Positions 62,990 to 64,000 of a stretch of DNA of 64,000 nucleotides are shown here, piece after piece. Position 1 is the stretch's first letter. Each line of letters begins with the position of its first letter. The translations under genes and the position numbers were made by a program. The DNA is from Mytilus californianus (Eukaryota), in assembly GCF_021869535.1 (NCBI RefSeq), contig NW_026262668.1:18104001-18168000 (forward strand). Direction: 5' to 3'. The notes under the pieces were generated by a model. That model did not search any database and had not been told where the DNA came from. It saw only the letters and a program-made list of their open reading frames with translations.

Positions 62990-63430
62990 CAAATCATGTT
63001 GCCTTTTGTTCTTAAATTTACAAATAAAATCTTAGATATCAAATTATATCGCAAACCAACAGATAACTACCAGTACCTGTAAAGGTCATCATCCCACCCA
63101 TCTTCTGACTGTATTCAAAGGTTTTATTACAGGAGAAATTATAAGATTTATTCGGTCATCTAATAATGTAGAGGACATAGAATCACAAATTAAATTGTTC
63201 AGAGACACACTCCAGAAACGAGGTTATGTTGAAGGCGAAATTGATAATTGATCCCATAATAACGACGACAATGAGAAAAACAAGAGAAAGTACTTTACGG
63301 TACAAAGCAAAGAATAAAGGGAAATCACCACCTTTATGCTTTATAACAAAATATAATCCCAGAGTTAAACAACTGGGAAAAACTTTAAGAAAACACTGAC
63401 ACTTAATTTTGAGTGATAGCACATCAAACC
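62990..63430 (+). pseudogene. Canonical-type PLE RT thumb/linker fragment
   Basis: LYRKPTDNYQYL*..SSHP..VFKGFITGEIIRFIRSSNN...L.KRGY...FITKYNP..KQLGK.LRKH, with stops and frameshifts. Confidence 0.7.
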
Positions 63431-64000
63431 AATTATTTAAAAAATTCGTAAGGGTTCCGCGGAACCCAGTGTCTCGCCTACTTTTGCTGTTAATCGCAGA
63501 CTCAACAAAAATGAGGAAAAAAAATAATAAAAATATTCCTCTCTATAAACATCTCTGAAGATATATGCTGTTACAAGAATAGAATTGTATCTTAGGGATA
63601 GTATTGAGTTGTTTGGATTGGTTAATGACTCGTTTTTGTTTAAATATTGGACCATTCAGTTAAAAGAATCATAGAAAAAAAACTTAAATAAAATTTCGGG
63701 ACATTCAGAATTTGAATTGTGGAGGTCTTGAACAAGTAGAGCTGTGAGCTATTGCTCTTTTATAAAAACCCCGCTTTGAAATGTCTGGAATGAGATGTTG
63801 AAGAGAAATAAATCTGAAAACGATTTACATGGTATAGCATGTTCACATGAAGCCCGATTAAAAATTTCAAGAAGTTCTTGTTTCTAGTTCCCAAGATAAA
63901 TTCGTCAAACTCAATATAATACATAGCCTGTATCAGGCTGTATGTGTTAATGTAATATAGAGGTATTCAGTAAATAAGATGATGATGAACAATGTATCTG

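Overview
AT-rich eukaryotic genomic DNA with GT-AG spliceosomal introns. The repeat families resemble those of bivalve molluscs, most likely a Mytilus-type mussel (inference, not checked). Four protein-coding genes were reconstructed by hand. (1) A single-coding-exon aminergic-like class A GPCR (6390-7427, +). (2) A complete 10-exon TFIIB/GTF2B gene (16030-36581, +, 318 aa). (3) A secreted Pro/Thr-rich WAP-domain protein with 3 coding exons (42911-51040, +, 178 aa). (4) A minus-strand gene encoding an ABM-like (dimeric alpha+beta barrel) protein (57521-61454; first exon tentative). The rest is dense mobile DNA: a near-intact CR1/L2-group LINE in TFIIB intron 3, a 5'-truncated Penelope-like (Naiad-type) RT element plus many short copies of its 3' tail, other LINE/PLE fragments, Helentron-type non-autonomous elements with internal satellites, MITEs and minisatellites. 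Highlights: the 3' end of TFIIB exon 4 plus its splice donor is amplified into a 15-copy array with a 384-bp higher-order repeat and 15 intact GTAAGT donors, with smaller exon-end duplications at exons 6 and 8; two families of minimal type-I hammerhead ribozymes (retrozyme-like); a SECIS-like hairpin in the PLE 3' UTR; and TACATGTA/TACAATGTA motifs that look like DNA-transposon excision footprints. All coordinates and alignments were done by eye; no database search was run.
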